Positions 28,071 to 38,296 of a stretch of DNA of 64,000 bases are shown one piece after another. The DNA is taken from IMG/VR virus record IMGVR_UViG_3300015608_004761, positions 1 to 64,000 of that record. One strand, written 5' to 3'. Position numbers and translations under genes: made by a program. This DNA is from a virus (Duplodnaviria > Caudoviricetes). The notes under the pieces are model-generated. The model was not told where the DNA came from and ran no database searches. It saw only the letters and a program-made list of their open reading frames with translations. The first letter of the stretch is position 1, and each line of letters starts with the position of its first letter.

Positions 28071-30851
28071 ATGACCAAGATCTACGACGAGCTGGTCGAC
28101 TTCGAGCGCGGCGCCGACACGGGCCAGAACACCCGCGACTCCATCCAGCCCATCAAGCAGGAGCAGGCGTGGCCGGGCGCGGCGAGCCGACCCGACGAGA
28201 ACCTGCGCGTGCGCACGGAGGTGCTCAAGCTCCTCCTGGAGACGAGCAACTACTTCATCGACGCGGACCGTGGCCTCGTCCTGCGCTCGGGCGCACCCTT
28301 CACCTTCACGCAACCCGAAGACGGGCGGTACGTGCTGTCGATCGCCCCCGGAGGTCAGCTCTGGGTGAGCAGTGCGCTATCCCCCGGCCAGTCGAGCGGG
28401 GGGCGCGACGGTGGCGGCAAGGTCTTCTGCGAAAACCCATCGGAGGGTGGCGCCTGGACGCCCTACGCAGGCACGCTCGGCACCGACGAGCTCACGCTGA
28501 CCGCCTCACGCGCCACCACGGGTCAACGTGGCTACGCCGACTGCGACGACTTCGCGCAATCTCCGTCGGGGCTCTCCATCGGGGCCAACCGTATCCGCTT
28601 CTCACTCTCGGCGGACCCAACGCTCGCGGGTGGTACCGCGAACGTGCGCGCGGTGATCTCGGGCTCGCCGCGATCGAGGATCCACGTCACCTACGGCACC
28701 CTCGGCACGCCGACGACGCTCGGCCAGCTCATCGCGTTCATCAACAACGACCGCACCTCCCAGGGCTCCTTCGGCGTCGCCGACTTCCTCTACGCCTCGA
28801 CCACGGGCGCGCTCACCAACCCCCCGGTCCCCTTCACGGGTGGGCGGGTGCAGGGCGCCTACGACGCCGAGATGCACGCCGTGACCGACGAGCAGTTCAG
28901 CGCCTTCTTCGAGGCCACCGTCTCGGGGGAGTACGTCAACCGGCTGCGGGAGGGCGAGGGTCTCGCGATCGGGTATCCCCTGGGGCCCGTGCAGCGCGGC
29001 GTCCCCGCTCCGCGCGGCGGTCGCCGTCAGGCCCTGTGGGATCTGCCCACGAGCCGCAGCGGCGTCAGCACCCCGAACGTCACACCCACCAACGGCTGGT
29101 CCCTCTTCGTCACGGGGCGCGAGCCCGAGAAGATCCCGGGCGCCGTGCCGATCGGCAAGGTGATCGACGGGGAGTTCGTGTTCATCGACGGCACGCGCCT
29201 GGGCGTCGGCGAAACGCTCACCCTGGGCGAGAGCCGCTCGATGTGGGCGGCGCTGGCGCTCCTCGGGGGCGGCGGGACCACCTCCGGCGCCGCGCGCATC
29301 GGCTACGAGGGCGGCGAGAGCTGGAACGCCGACGCAGCCTCCACGCTTCACGCGGCGATGCTGTCGGGCACCGTGCGCGACGCGATCGACCAGATCGTGG
29401 ACGACCTCGCCAACGAGGTGGACACCCAGTCGGGCTCCCGGCGCGTGGGCAGCGAGAACCTCACCGGCACCCCGTCGGTGGGCAACGAGGTGCGCCAGCT
29501 CTCGCTGCCCGCCGGGTCGATCCGAGAGCAGCTCCTGTACCTCCTGAACGGCAGCACGACCGGGGTCCTCCTGGGGATCAACGGTCGCGTCAGTGAGGCG
29601 GGGCATCGCCTCGTGGGGGCCGCGCCGCTGCGCAAGGAGTTCGGCTTCTCCGGCATGCCCGCAGCGGGCGCGGTGATGCTCCAGGCCGAGCTCCACGCGC
29701 CGACCAACCTCATGGCCTCCGTGGCCTCCGGCGTTCAGGAGTTCGCGAGCCTGAACCTCCAGCCCATCGTGTACGCCAACGCCGTTGACGCGGACGACTT
29801 CCTCACGGCCTCGAACTTCGTCACCTTCAGCGCAGCGACGGCGCTCCTGCTCACGGGCATGAGCAGTGCGCAGTTCACCAAGGTCTTCGCCAAGCTGCCC
29901 ATTGCCCAGGAGGCGTTCGGCGGCAACGTGCTGCCCCTGCTCTTCGTGAAGCTCACCGGGCTCGCCGAGTGCGCCGACGCGGCGGACGGGATCTACACGA
30001 TCTTCAGCCGCGACACCAGCACCCGCACCGTCGTGCTGCGGCGCCTGGACGGCTCCAGCCCGAACTTCACCGGCCTCACGGGCACCCCGACGATGACGTT
30101 CATGTCCTCGCTCGCCGTGGGCAACGACGTGCGCGGGACGCGGCTGCACGGCTTCGTGCACACCGACCTCACGCAGAACACCCTCGGCGCCCCGGTCGCG
30201 GCCCTGGGCCTCTCCACCGAGGAGTCCCGCCTGCTGGAGTTGTGGCTGCCCAACGGCAACGCGGGCACGATCTTCTTCACCCAGTACGCCGGTCGCGCCG
30301 AGTATCGCTCGCCCCGTCGCACGGTCGGCGGCTACGTCACACGCTCGACCGTGAACCTGCTGACGACCTCCGACAAGCAGCTCCTGGACGGTCAGGAGAC
30401 GGGCGCCCCAGTGGACGCCTCGGCGAGCCACCACCACGGCGCCCTCTACGCGAGCTGGACCCGTCGCTCGCCCAACAACATCTCCAACTCCGTGTCCTCG
30501 CTCTCGGACACCGCGCCCGGCACCTCCTTCCCCACCACGGCTCCCTCCGGGTCGACCAACGTCGCTGCACTGATCTACTACGTGTTCACGATCAAGCCCG
30601 CCGCCGCCGGGGACGTGACCGTAGCGTTTCTGTTCATCGAGCCGACCAACCGCACCGTGCACTTCATCAACGTGCAGTTCACCGCCGCCAGTACGAGCGA
30701 CGAGCGCATCTTCCGTGGGCAGGTCACCACGCCCCTCACCACGAACAACTACTACGTGCAGAAGTCGCCCGCGCTCTTCCTCATCAACGTCGATCAGGCT
30801 CAGTCGAGCTACTCCTTCGACGTGCTGGCCATCCAGTCGGTCAAGAACTGA
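28071..30851 (+). CDS. Tail fibre / receptor-binding protein
   Basis: SRPDENLRVRTE N-terminal fibre motif, GAARIGY, ASHHHGALY; last gene of the tail operon. Confidence 0.65.
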   Translation: MTKIYDELVDFERGADTGQNTRDSIQPIKQEQAWPGAASRPDENLRVRTEVLKLLLETSNYFIDADRGLVLRSGAPFTFTQPEDGRYVLSIAPGGQLWVSSALSPGQSSGGRDGGGKVFCENPSEGGAWTPYAGTLGTDELTLTASRATTGQRGYADCDDFAQSPSGLSIGANRIRFSLSADPTLAGGTANVRAVISGSPRSRIHVTYGTLGTPTTLGQLIAFINNDRTSQGSFGVADFLYASTTGALTNPPVPFTGGRVQGAYDAEMHAVTDEQFSAFFEATVSGEYVNRLREGEGLAIGYPLGPVQRGVPAPRGGRRQALWDLPTSRSGVSTPNVTPTNGWSLFVTGREPEKIPGAVPIGKVIDGEFVFIDGTRLGVGETLTLGESRSMWAALALLGGGGTTSGAARIGYEGGESWNADAASTLHAAMLSGTVRDAIDQIVDDLANEVDTQSGSRRVGSENLTGTPSVGNEVRQLSLPAGSIREQLLYLLNGSTTGVLLGINGRVSEAGHRLVGAAPLRKEFGFSGMPAAGAVMLQAELHAPTNLMASVASGVQEFASLNLQPIVYANAVDADDFLTASNFVTFSAATALLLTGMSSAQFTKVFAKLPIAQEAFGGNVLPLLFVKLTGLAECADAADGIYTIFSRDTSTRTVVLRRLDGSSPNFTGLTGTPTMTFMSSLAVGNDVRGTRLHGFVHTDLTQNTLGAPVAALGLSTEESRLLELWLPNGNAGTIFFTQYAGRAEYRSPRRTVGGYVTRSTVNLLTTSDKQLLDGQETGAPVDASASHHHGALYASWTRRSPNNISNSVSSLSDTAPGTSFPTTAPSGSTNVAALIYYVFTIKPAAAGDVTVAFLFIEPTNRTVHFINVQFTAASTSDERIFRGQVTTPLTTNNYYVQKSPALFLINVDQAQSSYSFDVLAIQSVKN

Positions 30852-30863
30852 CGGCCAAAGAAA

Positions 30864-30893
30864 AGGGCCCGGCGCTCCCCCGCGCCGGGCCCT
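30864..30893 (-). terminator. Rho-independent terminator between convergent tail and RNR operons
   Basis: AGGGCCCGGCGC-TCCCCC-GCGCCGGGCCCT with minus-strand TTTTCTTT. Confidence 0.8.
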
Positions 30894-30915
30894 CCGCTTC
30901 CCCCTTCTTTCGCCC

Positions 30916-33723
30916 TCAGCTACATCCGAGAGACTCCCCGCACTGCGGGCAGCGGTGGCAGGCGCCGTTGCGCTGCGTCAGCGTCCCGCACTTGGGGCAG
31001 AGCGGGGCGTCCGTGGGGACGTGCGCCGGGGCGTGGGCGGCCTCGGCGTACGCCTTCGGGTCGAGGACGGGCGGCGGGATCTCGCTCTCCTCCATCGCCT
31101 CGGGCTGGACGTGCTGGAGGTCCGCCCGCTTCAGGTACTTCACGCCGATCACGCGCATGGCGAGGTCGACGAGGCTGGTCGCGCGCTTGATGGTCGGGTG
31201 GTTCAGCACTTGACCGTTCGGCTCGAACTTCGTGTGCACGAAGGTCTCGACGTACTCGGCGAGCGGTACGCCGTACTGCACGCCGATCGAGACCGCCTTG
31301 GCCCACATGCCGTACAGGCCCCCCAGGGCCGAGCCCTCCTTGGCGATGTCGACGAAGAGCTCGCCGAAGCTGCCGTCCTCGTACTCGCCCGTCCGCAGGT
31401 AGAGCTTGTGGCCGTCGAGCTTCAGGGCGAAGGTCGAGCCGCGCCGCTCCTTGGGGAGCTTCTTCTGGCCGCTCTTGAAGGCCGGCGAGACCTCCTGGGG
31501 AGCGGCGGGAGGCACCGTCTTCGACTTCGACTGGAGGGCCGTCACCGGCTGGCTCTCCTTGGACCCGTCGCGGTAGATCGCGACGGCCTTCAGGCCCAGC
31601 TTCCAGCCCTGGTAGTAGGTCTCCATCACGTCCTCCACGGTGGAGTTGCGCGGCATGTTCACGGTCTTCGAGATCGCCCCCGAGAGGAACGGCTGCACGG
31701 CCGCCATCATCCTGAGGTGCGACATCACGGACAGGCACCGCCCGTCGGTGCCCGAGGGCAGGGCCGTGTCGAAGATGCCGAGGTGGTCGGCGTTGAGCCC
31801 AGACCCCGTGAACCCGCCCGTCTCGGTGACGTGGCGGACGATGGGGCCGATCTCCGTGTCGTCGTAGCCCAGCGCCCGGAGCGCCGGCTCGACGAGGCGG
31901 TTCACGAGCGTGACCATGCCGCCGCCCGCGAGGGTCTTGTACTGCACGTGCGCGAGGAGCGGCTCCACGCCCGTGGTCTCGCAGTCCATGAGGAACCCGA
32001 TGGTCCCCGTCGGCGCGAGCACCGTGACCTGCGCGTTGCGCACGCCGTATCGGGAGGCGAGTGCGAATGCCTCGTCCCACACGCGGACCGACTCCTCCAT
32101 GATCCGCCGGGCGAGCTGGCGGTCGGTGCTGAGGGGCCGCCGAGCCTCGGCGCCGTGCAGGGAGATGACGCGCAGGACGCCCTCCCGGTCGGCCGCGAAC
32201 CCGTCGAAGGGGCCCATCTCCTTGGCGAGCAGGGCGCTCGTCTTGTACGCCTCGGCCGCCATGAGCGAGGTCACGGCCGCCGCGAAGGCGCGACCGTCGT
32301 CCGAGTCGTACGGCATGCCGAGGAGCGTCAGAATCGCCCCCAGGTCCGCGTAGCCGAGGCCGAGCTGCCGGAAGCGGTGGGCGCCCTCGGCGATCGACTT
32401 GGTGGGGTAGCTCCCGAGGTCGACGAGCGCGTCCATCGCGACGATGAAGGTGCGCACGGCGTCCTTGAAGCCGCCGAGGTTGAAGCCGCCGCCCACCGGG
32501 TCGACGAACTTCGTCAGGCGCAGCGAGGCGAGGTTGCACGCCGAGTCGTCGAGGTGCATGTACTCCGAGCACGGGTTACTCGCGCGGATGGGGCCCGCGT
32601 TGGGCGTGGTGTGCCAGTGGTTGATGGTCGTGTCGTACTGCACGGCGGGGCACCCGCACTCCCACGCGGCCTCGGCGGCCTTGCGCCACAGCTCGTGCGC
32701 CTTGATGGTCTTGACCGTGCGGCCGTCGATGCGGGAGGTGAGGTCCCACGGCGCGTGGGCCTCCACGGCGCGCATGAAGTCGTCCGTCACGCGGATCGAG
32801 TTGTTGGCGTTCTGGCCCGAGACGGTGGTGTACGCCTCGCCGTCCATGCCGCCCGTGTAACCAGCCGCGATGAGCGCCTGGGCCTTGCGCTCCTCGCGGA
32901 GCTTCCAGCCGACGAACGCCTCGACCTCCGGGTGGTTCACGTCCAGGCACACCATGCGCGCCGCGCGCCGGGTGGTGCCGCCGGACTTCGTGCCGCCCGC
33001 CGCCGCGTCCCCGGTGGGCAGGAAGCTCATGAGGCCCGACGAGGTGCCGCCCGAGTTGAGCGGGGCGTCCTTCTCGCGGATGCGGGAGTAGTTGGCGCCG
33101 GAGCCCGAGCCCTTCTTGAAGAGGCGCGCCTCCTTGGTCCAGAGGTCGAAGATGCCGTCCTCCTCGACGAGGTTGTCCTCCACGGTGTTGATGAAGCAGG
33201 CCGAGACCTGGGGCCGCGTGTAGGCGTCCGTGGTGCGCCGGTACTCGCCCGTCGCGCGGTCCCACGCCCAGTTGCCGCCCGAGCCCTGGATGCCGTACAC
33301 GGGCCCCAGACGCACGTTGAACCAGACGGGGGAGTTGAAGGCGCCGTACTGGTGGATGAGGAGGTAACCCAGGTCGTCCTCGAAGCGCTCGCTGGCCGAG
33401 AGGTCGGGGAAGTAGCGCTGGTCGCGGGCCGAGAAGGCGATCGTCTTGGCCACCCCGAAGACCATGTCGAACACGGAGGTTTCGTACTTGCCCCCGTCGC
33501 TCTTGGCGCCCTTCTTCACGAAGTACTTGGAGGCGGCCACGCGCACCGCGCGCTCGCTCCACGTCGCCGGGGCGTCGATGTTGTTCAGGCGGAAGACCTC
33601 CGAGCCGTCGGGGTTCTTGATGACCGCGTCGAAGGTCTTGTGCTCGAAGGGGGCGCGAAGCCGCTCCTCGGTCGCGAAGAGGATCGGCCATTCCTGGAGC
33701 GTCTGGTTCTGGTCGTCGTTCAT
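30916..33723 (-). CDS. nrdJ: Class II (B12-dependent) ribonucleotide reductase with C-terminal TSCPD domain and Zn ribbon
   Basis: FNSPVWFN, QVSACFI, GGTTRRAA, SNPCSEY, APTGTI, GAISKTVN, YRDGSK, CPKC..CPQC. Confidence 0.93.
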   Translation of the reverse strand: MNDDQNQTLQEWPILFATEERLRAPFEHKTFDAVIKNPDGSEVFRLNNIDAPATWSERAVRVAASKYFVKKGAKSDGGKYETSVFDMVFGVAKTIAFSARDQRYFPDLSASERFEDDLGYLLIHQYGAFNSPVWFNVRLGPVYGIQGSGGNWAWDRATGEYRRTTDAYTRPQVSACFINTVEDNLVEEDGIFDLWTKEARLFKKGSGSGANYSRIREKDAPLNSGGTSSGLMSFLPTGDAAAGGTKSGGTTRRAARMVCLDVNHPEVEAFVGWKLREERKAQALIAAGYTGGMDGEAYTTVSGQNANNSIRVTDDFMRAVEAHAPWDLTSRIDGRTVKTIKAHELWRKAAEAAWECGCPAVQYDTTINHWHTTPNAGPIRASNPCSEYMHLDDSACNLASLRLTKFVDPVGGGFNLGGFKDAVRTFIVAMDALVDLGSYPTKSIAEGAHRFRQLGLGYADLGAILTLLGMPYDSDDGRAFAAAVTSLMAAEAYKTSALLAKEMGPFDGFAADREGVLRVISLHGAEARRPLSTDRQLARRIMEESVRVWDEAFALASRYGVRNAQVTVLAPTGTIGFLMDCETTGVEPLLAHVQYKTLAGGGMVTLVNRLVEPALRALGYDDTEIGPIVRHVTETGGFTGSGLNADHLGIFDTALPSGTDGRCLSVMSHLRMMAAVQPFLSGAISKTVNMPRNSTVEDVMETYYQGWKLGLKAVAIYRDGSKESQPVTALQSKSKTVPPAAPQEVSPAFKSGQKKLPKERRGSTFALKLDGHKLYLRTGEYEDGSFGELFVDIAKEGSALGGLYGMWAKAVSIGVQYGVPLAEYVETFVHTKFEPNGQVLNHPTIKRATSLVDLAMRVIGVKYLKRADLQHVQPEAMEESEIPPPVLDPKAYAEAAHAPAHVPTDAPLCPKCGTLTQRNGACHRCPQCGESLGCS

Positions 33724-33730
33724 GTCGGTC

Positions 33731-34309
33731 CTACAAGTTGATGGGTCTGTCCTTGGGTCGGCTCCGGCCCTTCTTGCGGGTCTTCTCGACCATCGCCTTC
33801 TGGACCTCGGCCTGCGTCCGCGTCCCGGGCCTCACGCCCGAGCGCAAGTCGTGCGCGAGGAGCGCCATCGCCGCCGCGTCGGAGGCGTCGAAGTCGTCCT
33901 CGCCGAAAACGAAGCCCGTACGGCGTACGACGTACGCCTGCACCTGGGCCTTGGTGGCCGCGCCGTTGCCGGTGGCCCACTTCTTCAGGCGCGACGGCTC
34001 TATCACCTGGGGCTCCTCGCCGCTCGCCTCGTAGAGCCACAGTTTCAGCACGCCCGACGCCTCGCCCAGGTCGTACTCGCGGTGCTCGGAGCCGAGGCTC
34101 GGGCCCTCGATCACCGACCCCACGGGGCGGCCGTGGCGCCCGACGAACTCGCCGAGCGCGCGCCGGATGAGGGAGAGGCGGGCGGCGCCTCGCACCTTCC
34201 CCCCTATCGTAAGGGGCGCGGCGGCGAGCAACTCGCCGTCGAGCGAAACCACCGCAACCCCTGGGCTTCGGAGCCCGGTGTCGACCCCGACGTAAACGCC
34301 TATGTCCAC
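33731..34309 (-). CDS. ruvC: RuvC-like Holliday junction resolvase
   Basis: YVGVDTG, VIEG, LGEASGVLK, KKWATGNGAATK, DASDA; start uncertain. Confidence 0.85.
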   Translation of the reverse strand: MDIGVYVGVDTGLRSPGVAVVSLDGELLAAAPLTIGGKVRGAARLSLIRRALGEFVGRHGRPVGSVIEGPSLGSEHREYDLGEASGVLKLWLYEASGEEPQVIEPSRLKKWATGNGAATKAQVQAYVVRRTGFVFGEDDFDASDAAAMALLAHDLRSGVRPGTRTQAEVQKAMVEKTRKKGRSRPKDRPINL

Positions 34310-35228
34310 CGTCACGCTACGAATCCAGCAGCACGGATACGTGAGGGCCACGGGCTATCAGGCGACCCAATGGGCCGTCACGGAGCCCGTCGCGGTGCCC
34401 GCCGGTTCGACGCCGCGCGCGACGGACCCGTCGAGCTACGCGCCGATGTTCGTCGTCGACACGACCGGGCCGGTGGAGCTCCTGCGCCGGCTCGCGCGGT
34501 TGATCGACTTCACGGCGCTGCCGCGCGCCGAGCTGGCCGTCTTCGACGTTCGCGGCGACAACGCCGCCAACCTCTTCAACAACGCGCTGCCCGGCGACAA
34601 GCTCTGGGTCTCGCCGACCCCGGCGCACTGGGTGCAAGACGAGGCGCCGTACGACGACGGCGTGTTCGTCATCGACGCGGTGTTCAACCGCGCCCAGGGC
34701 ATCAACCCGCAGGTCCTCCCTGGGCGCCTGCTCACGCTGCCGGGCTACCACTTCACCCCCGAGGACGTGGGGCGCTGGGTGCAGTTGGACGGGTTCACCA
34801 CGGGATCCTACAACGGTTTCGCCCAGATCGTCAGCTACACGGGGAACGTCGCCCGGATCTCCAAGGCCACCACCACGACCGAGACGGGCTCCACCTGGAA
34901 CTTCCCGGCGCTGCGCCTGCGGCCCTCGGTGGGCGCCGGGCTGGAGCCGAAGTTCTTCCCGACGCGGGAGGTGAACCTGCCCTGGAAGCTCTACCGGGGG
35001 AACCCCTTCGCCACCTTCCCGATCGCCACGGGCACGGGCGGCGCGTCGATGCGCGAGCTCGCGGGAGACCTCGTGCGCTCCGTGCGGTTCACCGAGCTAT
35101 CACCCTCGCTGGAGGACGCCAACGCCCTCTTCGAGTACGTGCGCGCGGCGCTCGGTCCCCTGCAAGATGTGGCGGCCGTGGACGGCGCGGAGTTCCAGGG
35201 CCTCGTGACGGTGACGGAGGGTCCGTGA
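34302..35228 (+). CDS. Hypothetical (putative virion) protein, paralogue 1
   Basis: Coupled operon leading to the terminase; shares a motif with the next two genes. Confidence 0.7.
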   Translation: MSTVTLRIQQHGYVRATGYQATQWAVTEPVAVPAGSTPRATDPSSYAPMFVVDTTGPVELLRRLARLIDFTALPRAELAVFDVRGDNAANLFNNALPGDKLWVSPTPAHWVQDEAPYDDGVFVIDAVFNRAQGINPQVLPGRLLTLPGYHFTPEDVGRWVQLDGFTTGSYNGFAQIVSYTGNVARISKATTTTETGSTWNFPALRLRPSVGAGLEPKFFPTREVNLPWKLYRGNPFATFPIATGTGGASMRELAGDLVRSVRFTELSPSLEDANALFEYVRAALGPLQDVAAVDGAEFQGLVTVTEGP

Positions 35229-35605
35229 GCGAGTCGTCGTGGGTCCGGGTGGAGGAGCGGCGCACCGAGGAGTCGGGCGGCTACGGCGTGTCCTTCGAGG
35301 TCACCGTGTCGTACGGTGTACCGAAGGCGCTCTTCGTCTTCCGCTACGAGGACGACGCGTTCTCGCACGTGGCCACCGTCGACGACGTCGAGCGTTGGCC
35401 CGACAGCCGGGAGGCGGCCAGGGCTGGGGCGATGCGCTTCTACCGTGGCACCCTCGCCCGTCGCGTGCTCTCCACGCGCGAACGACTCGCGGCCCTCGTC
35501 GACCACGTGCGCCAGCGGCTGACGGAGGTGACCAACGCGTGGGACGGCACCTCCGTCCTGGCGGTGCCGGGCGAATCCGTGTACGTCCTGGGTGGAGACC
35601 CATGA
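35225..35605 (+). CDS. Hypothetical (putative virion) protein, paralogue 2
   Basis: GTG 35225 with RBS GGAGG; MSESSWVRVEE..LFVFRYEDDAFSHVATVDD. Confidence 0.7.
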   Translation: MSESSWVRVEERRTEESGGYGVSFEVTVSYGVPKALFVFRYEDDAFSHVATVDDVERWPDSREAARAGAMRFYRGTLARRVLSTRERLAALVDHVRQRLTEVTNAWDGTSVLAVPGESVYVLGGDP

Positions 35606-36603
35606 GCACGACCCCACAGGTGTCGCAGTCCCGGCGGGGCGTCACGCTCGCCTCGGGCGCGCTCGCCTACGAGGTCACCACGACGGTGGTCGACCGGGGG
35701 GACCTGCCCACCAAGAACCTCTTCGTCCGCCGGATCGTGGACCCCGGGGACCCGAAGCGCGACGTGCTCGCGCGCGTGGTCGAGCCCTACGACCTGCGCC
35801 GGCTGTCCACAGCGCTCTACGTGAGGGTGCGGGAGGACTCGCTCGTCTACCTGGACGCGGACCCCTTCGCGCGCGTGGCCTCGACCGACGAACTGACGGA
35901 GCTGCCACAGGACCGCGCCGACGCGGTGCGCCGGAACCTCACGACGTACCTGAGCTCGTCGGTCGCCCTCACCTACCCCTCGCTCGCCTCGGCCGACGCG
36001 GCCTACAAGCAGCTCCTCGGGCGCCTGTCCCAGCTCGTCACCGACTGGCGGTCGTTCAACGCGGCTTTCGAGACCCGACCGACGCAGCTCTACACCCTGC
36101 CGGTCTCGCCGCAGACCGTGGAGGACGAGCGGCGCGCCCTTTACGCAGCGGCGCTTGCCGCCCGCAAACGCGTCGAGGCCGACTTCGACGAGGCGAACCG
36201 AGCCGCCCTCGATTGCGAGGCCGACTGCGAGTCGGACCGAACGATCCACCAGATGCTGCTGGAGGACGTGACGTTCCTCGAAGCCGCGCGGGCTCGCGTC
36301 CTCACGATCGGCGAGACCATCACGGGGGGCAGCGGCGGGACGCCGAGCCACAACGCGCAGGACTTCTGCGTACAGGCGGGCTCCTACTCCACGGACGCGC
36401 TCTCCTACGAGGCGCTCCTTTCCGCCAAGCGCGCCAAGCTCGCCGACTACACCGCGCGTGTGCGCGCCTGCGAGACGCGCTGCGTCCAGCTCGGGCGCGC
36501 CCGGGACGCGGCGCAAGTCGTGCTATCACGGGCCCAGGACGCCGAGCGCAGGGCCGTCGCAGGCGTGCGCGACGTCTGCCCGACCTTCACGCCTACGGAG
36601 TGA
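35602..36603 (+). CDS. Hypothetical (putative virion) protein, paralogue 3, with Cys-containing coiled coil
   Basis: ATG 35602; NLFVRR..FARVASTDE..P; C-terminal VCPTF. Confidence 0.7.
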   Translation: MSTTPQVSQSRRGVTLASGALAYEVTTTVVDRGDLPTKNLFVRRIVDPGDPKRDVLARVVEPYDLRRLSTALYVRVREDSLVYLDADPFARVASTDELTELPQDRADAVRRNLTTYLSSSVALTYPSLASADAAYKQLLGRLSQLVTDWRSFNAAFETRPTQLYTLPVSPQTVEDERRALYAAALAARKRVEADFDEANRAALDCEADCESDRTIHQMLLEDVTFLEAARARVLTIGETITGGSGGTPSHNAQDFCVQAGSYSTDALSYEALLSAKRAKLADYTARVRACETRCVQLGRARDAAQVVLSRAQDAERRAVAGVRDVCPTFTPTE

Positions 36604-36605
36604 CC

Positions 36606-37625
36606 ATGACCGACAACGCCATCGACCTCTACCACGACACCGCCCACGCCACCCTCGGCCGCCTGATTCAGTCCCACCCCGGCAGCACCGAGATGCTGAA
36701 GACGGCCGAGTTCGAGGACGACCCGTCCGCCATCCCCGACGGGGCTTTCGCCTGGGGGGCCGAGCGGATGTTCCCGGTGCACACCCCCGAGCACGCGATC
36801 GTGAGCGCGCTCTACGTGCGCGAGCAGCCCCAGGTCCCCTCGCACGTCCGGGCCAAGATCGCCGAGGCGCTGGAGGCGTACGGCGTACCCGAGGAGGTCA
36901 TGCGGCCCCACGAAGTGAAGGTCGCGGCCGACCCGCAGGACTTCCTCTTCCCCGAGACGGGGACTTACCCCGTGCGCAGCCCCGAGGAGGTCAAGACCGC
37001 CGAGCAGCGTATGATGGAGGAGGCGTGGAAGCTCCCGCTGGAGGAGCGGGTCAAGGTGTTCAACAAGCTCGCGTCGGCCGCCGAGCGGCACGGCGTGACG
37101 CTCAAGCCGGTGGCGCAAGGGTGGGGCCTCGCGGCCTACTCGGCGCCCGAGAAGGTGTTGGAGGCCGTGATCGGCCGCACGCAGATCGTGAAGTCGGCCG
37201 AGGACCGCGTGCCTTACGAGACGATCTCCGAGGTGATCCGCAAGGACCCCTTCTCGCTCAGGGACTACAACGCGCGCGTGAAGCTCGCTTCGACCCTCAT
37301 GACCCTCGACAAGAAGGCCGGGATCGAGGGCACCTGGAACCGGAAGGTACCCGACCCGATCCTCTCGGTCTTCAACCGCCCGGCCAAGGTGGGCGCGCGC
37401 ATGGTGGTGCTGGGCTCCGAGAGCTACGCCATCGAGCAGCTCGCGGGCCTGCCGGCGAGCTTCTGGGCCGACGCCGTGGGCCCGGAGATGGTGTCGGAGA
37501 TCGCCCCCGGCGGTCAGGTGAACCCCGACACCCTCTCCGACATTCTGCCGACGCTGCCCGCGCCGATGTTGCAGAGCGTGGTGCGCAGCCTGCACGCGGC
37601 CGGGATCAAGCCGAGCGGAGTCTGA
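36606..37625 (+). CDS. Hypothetical protein with duplicated FxxPxxxxYPV motif
   Basis: AFAWGAERMFPVHTPEHA and DFLFPETGTYPVRSPEEV; ATG 36606. Confidence 0.75.
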   Translation: MTDNAIDLYHDTAHATLGRLIQSHPGSTEMLKTAEFEDDPSAIPDGAFAWGAERMFPVHTPEHAIVSALYVREQPQVPSHVRAKIAEALEAYGVPEEVMRPHEVKVAADPQDFLFPETGTYPVRSPEEVKTAEQRMMEEAWKLPLEERVKVFNKLASAAERHGVTLKPVAQGWGLAAYSAPEKVLEAVIGRTQIVKSAEDRVPYETISEVIRKDPFSLRDYNARVKLASTLMTLDKKAGIEGTWNRKVPDPILSVFNRPAKVGARMVVLGSESYAIEQLAGLPASFWADAVGPEMVSEIAPGGQVNPDTLSDILPTLPAPMLQSVVRSLHAAGIKPSGV

Positions 37626-38296
37626 TGACCCCCAAGGACGTTCTCCTCGACCCCGGGGCGCCCCCGTCGGCCGTCTGGGCGGCCCTGGGGGCTCTCCTGG
37701 GGCTCGGGATCGAGGTCTGGGAGCCCGAGACCCTCCAGCTCGAAGTAGGGCGCCTGGGGGGCTCCTGGGAGGCCCTGGCGCCCAAGGTCCTGGCAGCTCA
37801 GACCGCGATCGTTTCGCGGGTCTGGACTTACGACTGGGACGCCCTCTTCGCCTTCGCCCTGGCCTGCGAGGGCCAGCCCGCCGCCGCCGACGCCTTCCAC
37901 CACCCCACGGTGCTTCAGCTCGCCTGGGCCGTGCTCGAACTCCAGGAGCTGTGCGGTGCCGAGATCGACGAGCACCACGGCTTCGACCCCGACACGATCG
38001 ACCCGGGGGTCGCGGCCCTGCTGCACGACGATGGGTGGGTGCTGGCGCCCGACCCCCTGGGGTTCTGCCAGGGGCACCTGGACCGGATGAACCGCACCAG
38101 CGAAACGCTCCGCGAGCACGTCCGCGCCGCCTGGACGAAGGTCCGGGACGGCGAGGACGACTCGATACGGCGTATCGCCGAGGCCGCCCCCGAGAACGAG
38201 GTGGGCGTGCAGATCTGCCACTTGGCGGACGCGTGGCTGGAGCTGCGCGCGAGGGCCCGCCGGAGAGCCGTGCTCCTGAATGCTTGCGGTCGATAG
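37625..38296 (+). CDS. Hypothetical protein upstream of terminase
   Basis: ATG 37625 coupled; MTPKDVLLDP..VWEPETL. Confidence 0.7.
   Translation: MTPKDVLLDPGAPPSAVWAALGALLGLGIEVWEPETLQLEVGRLGGSWEALAPKVLAAQTAIVSRVWTYDWDALFAFALACEGQPAAADAFHHPTVLQLAWAVLELQELCGAEIDEHHGFDPDTIDPGVAALLHDDGWVLAPDPLGFCQGHLDRMNRTSETLREHVRAAWTKVRDGEDDSIRRIAEAAPENEVGVQICHLADAWLELRARARRRAVLLNACGR

Noticed and set aside
7859-30851. Tail module as an extracellular contractile injection system or tailocin
   Set aside because: Terminase, putative portal, DNA polymerase, primase and RNR in the same window indicate a whole phage
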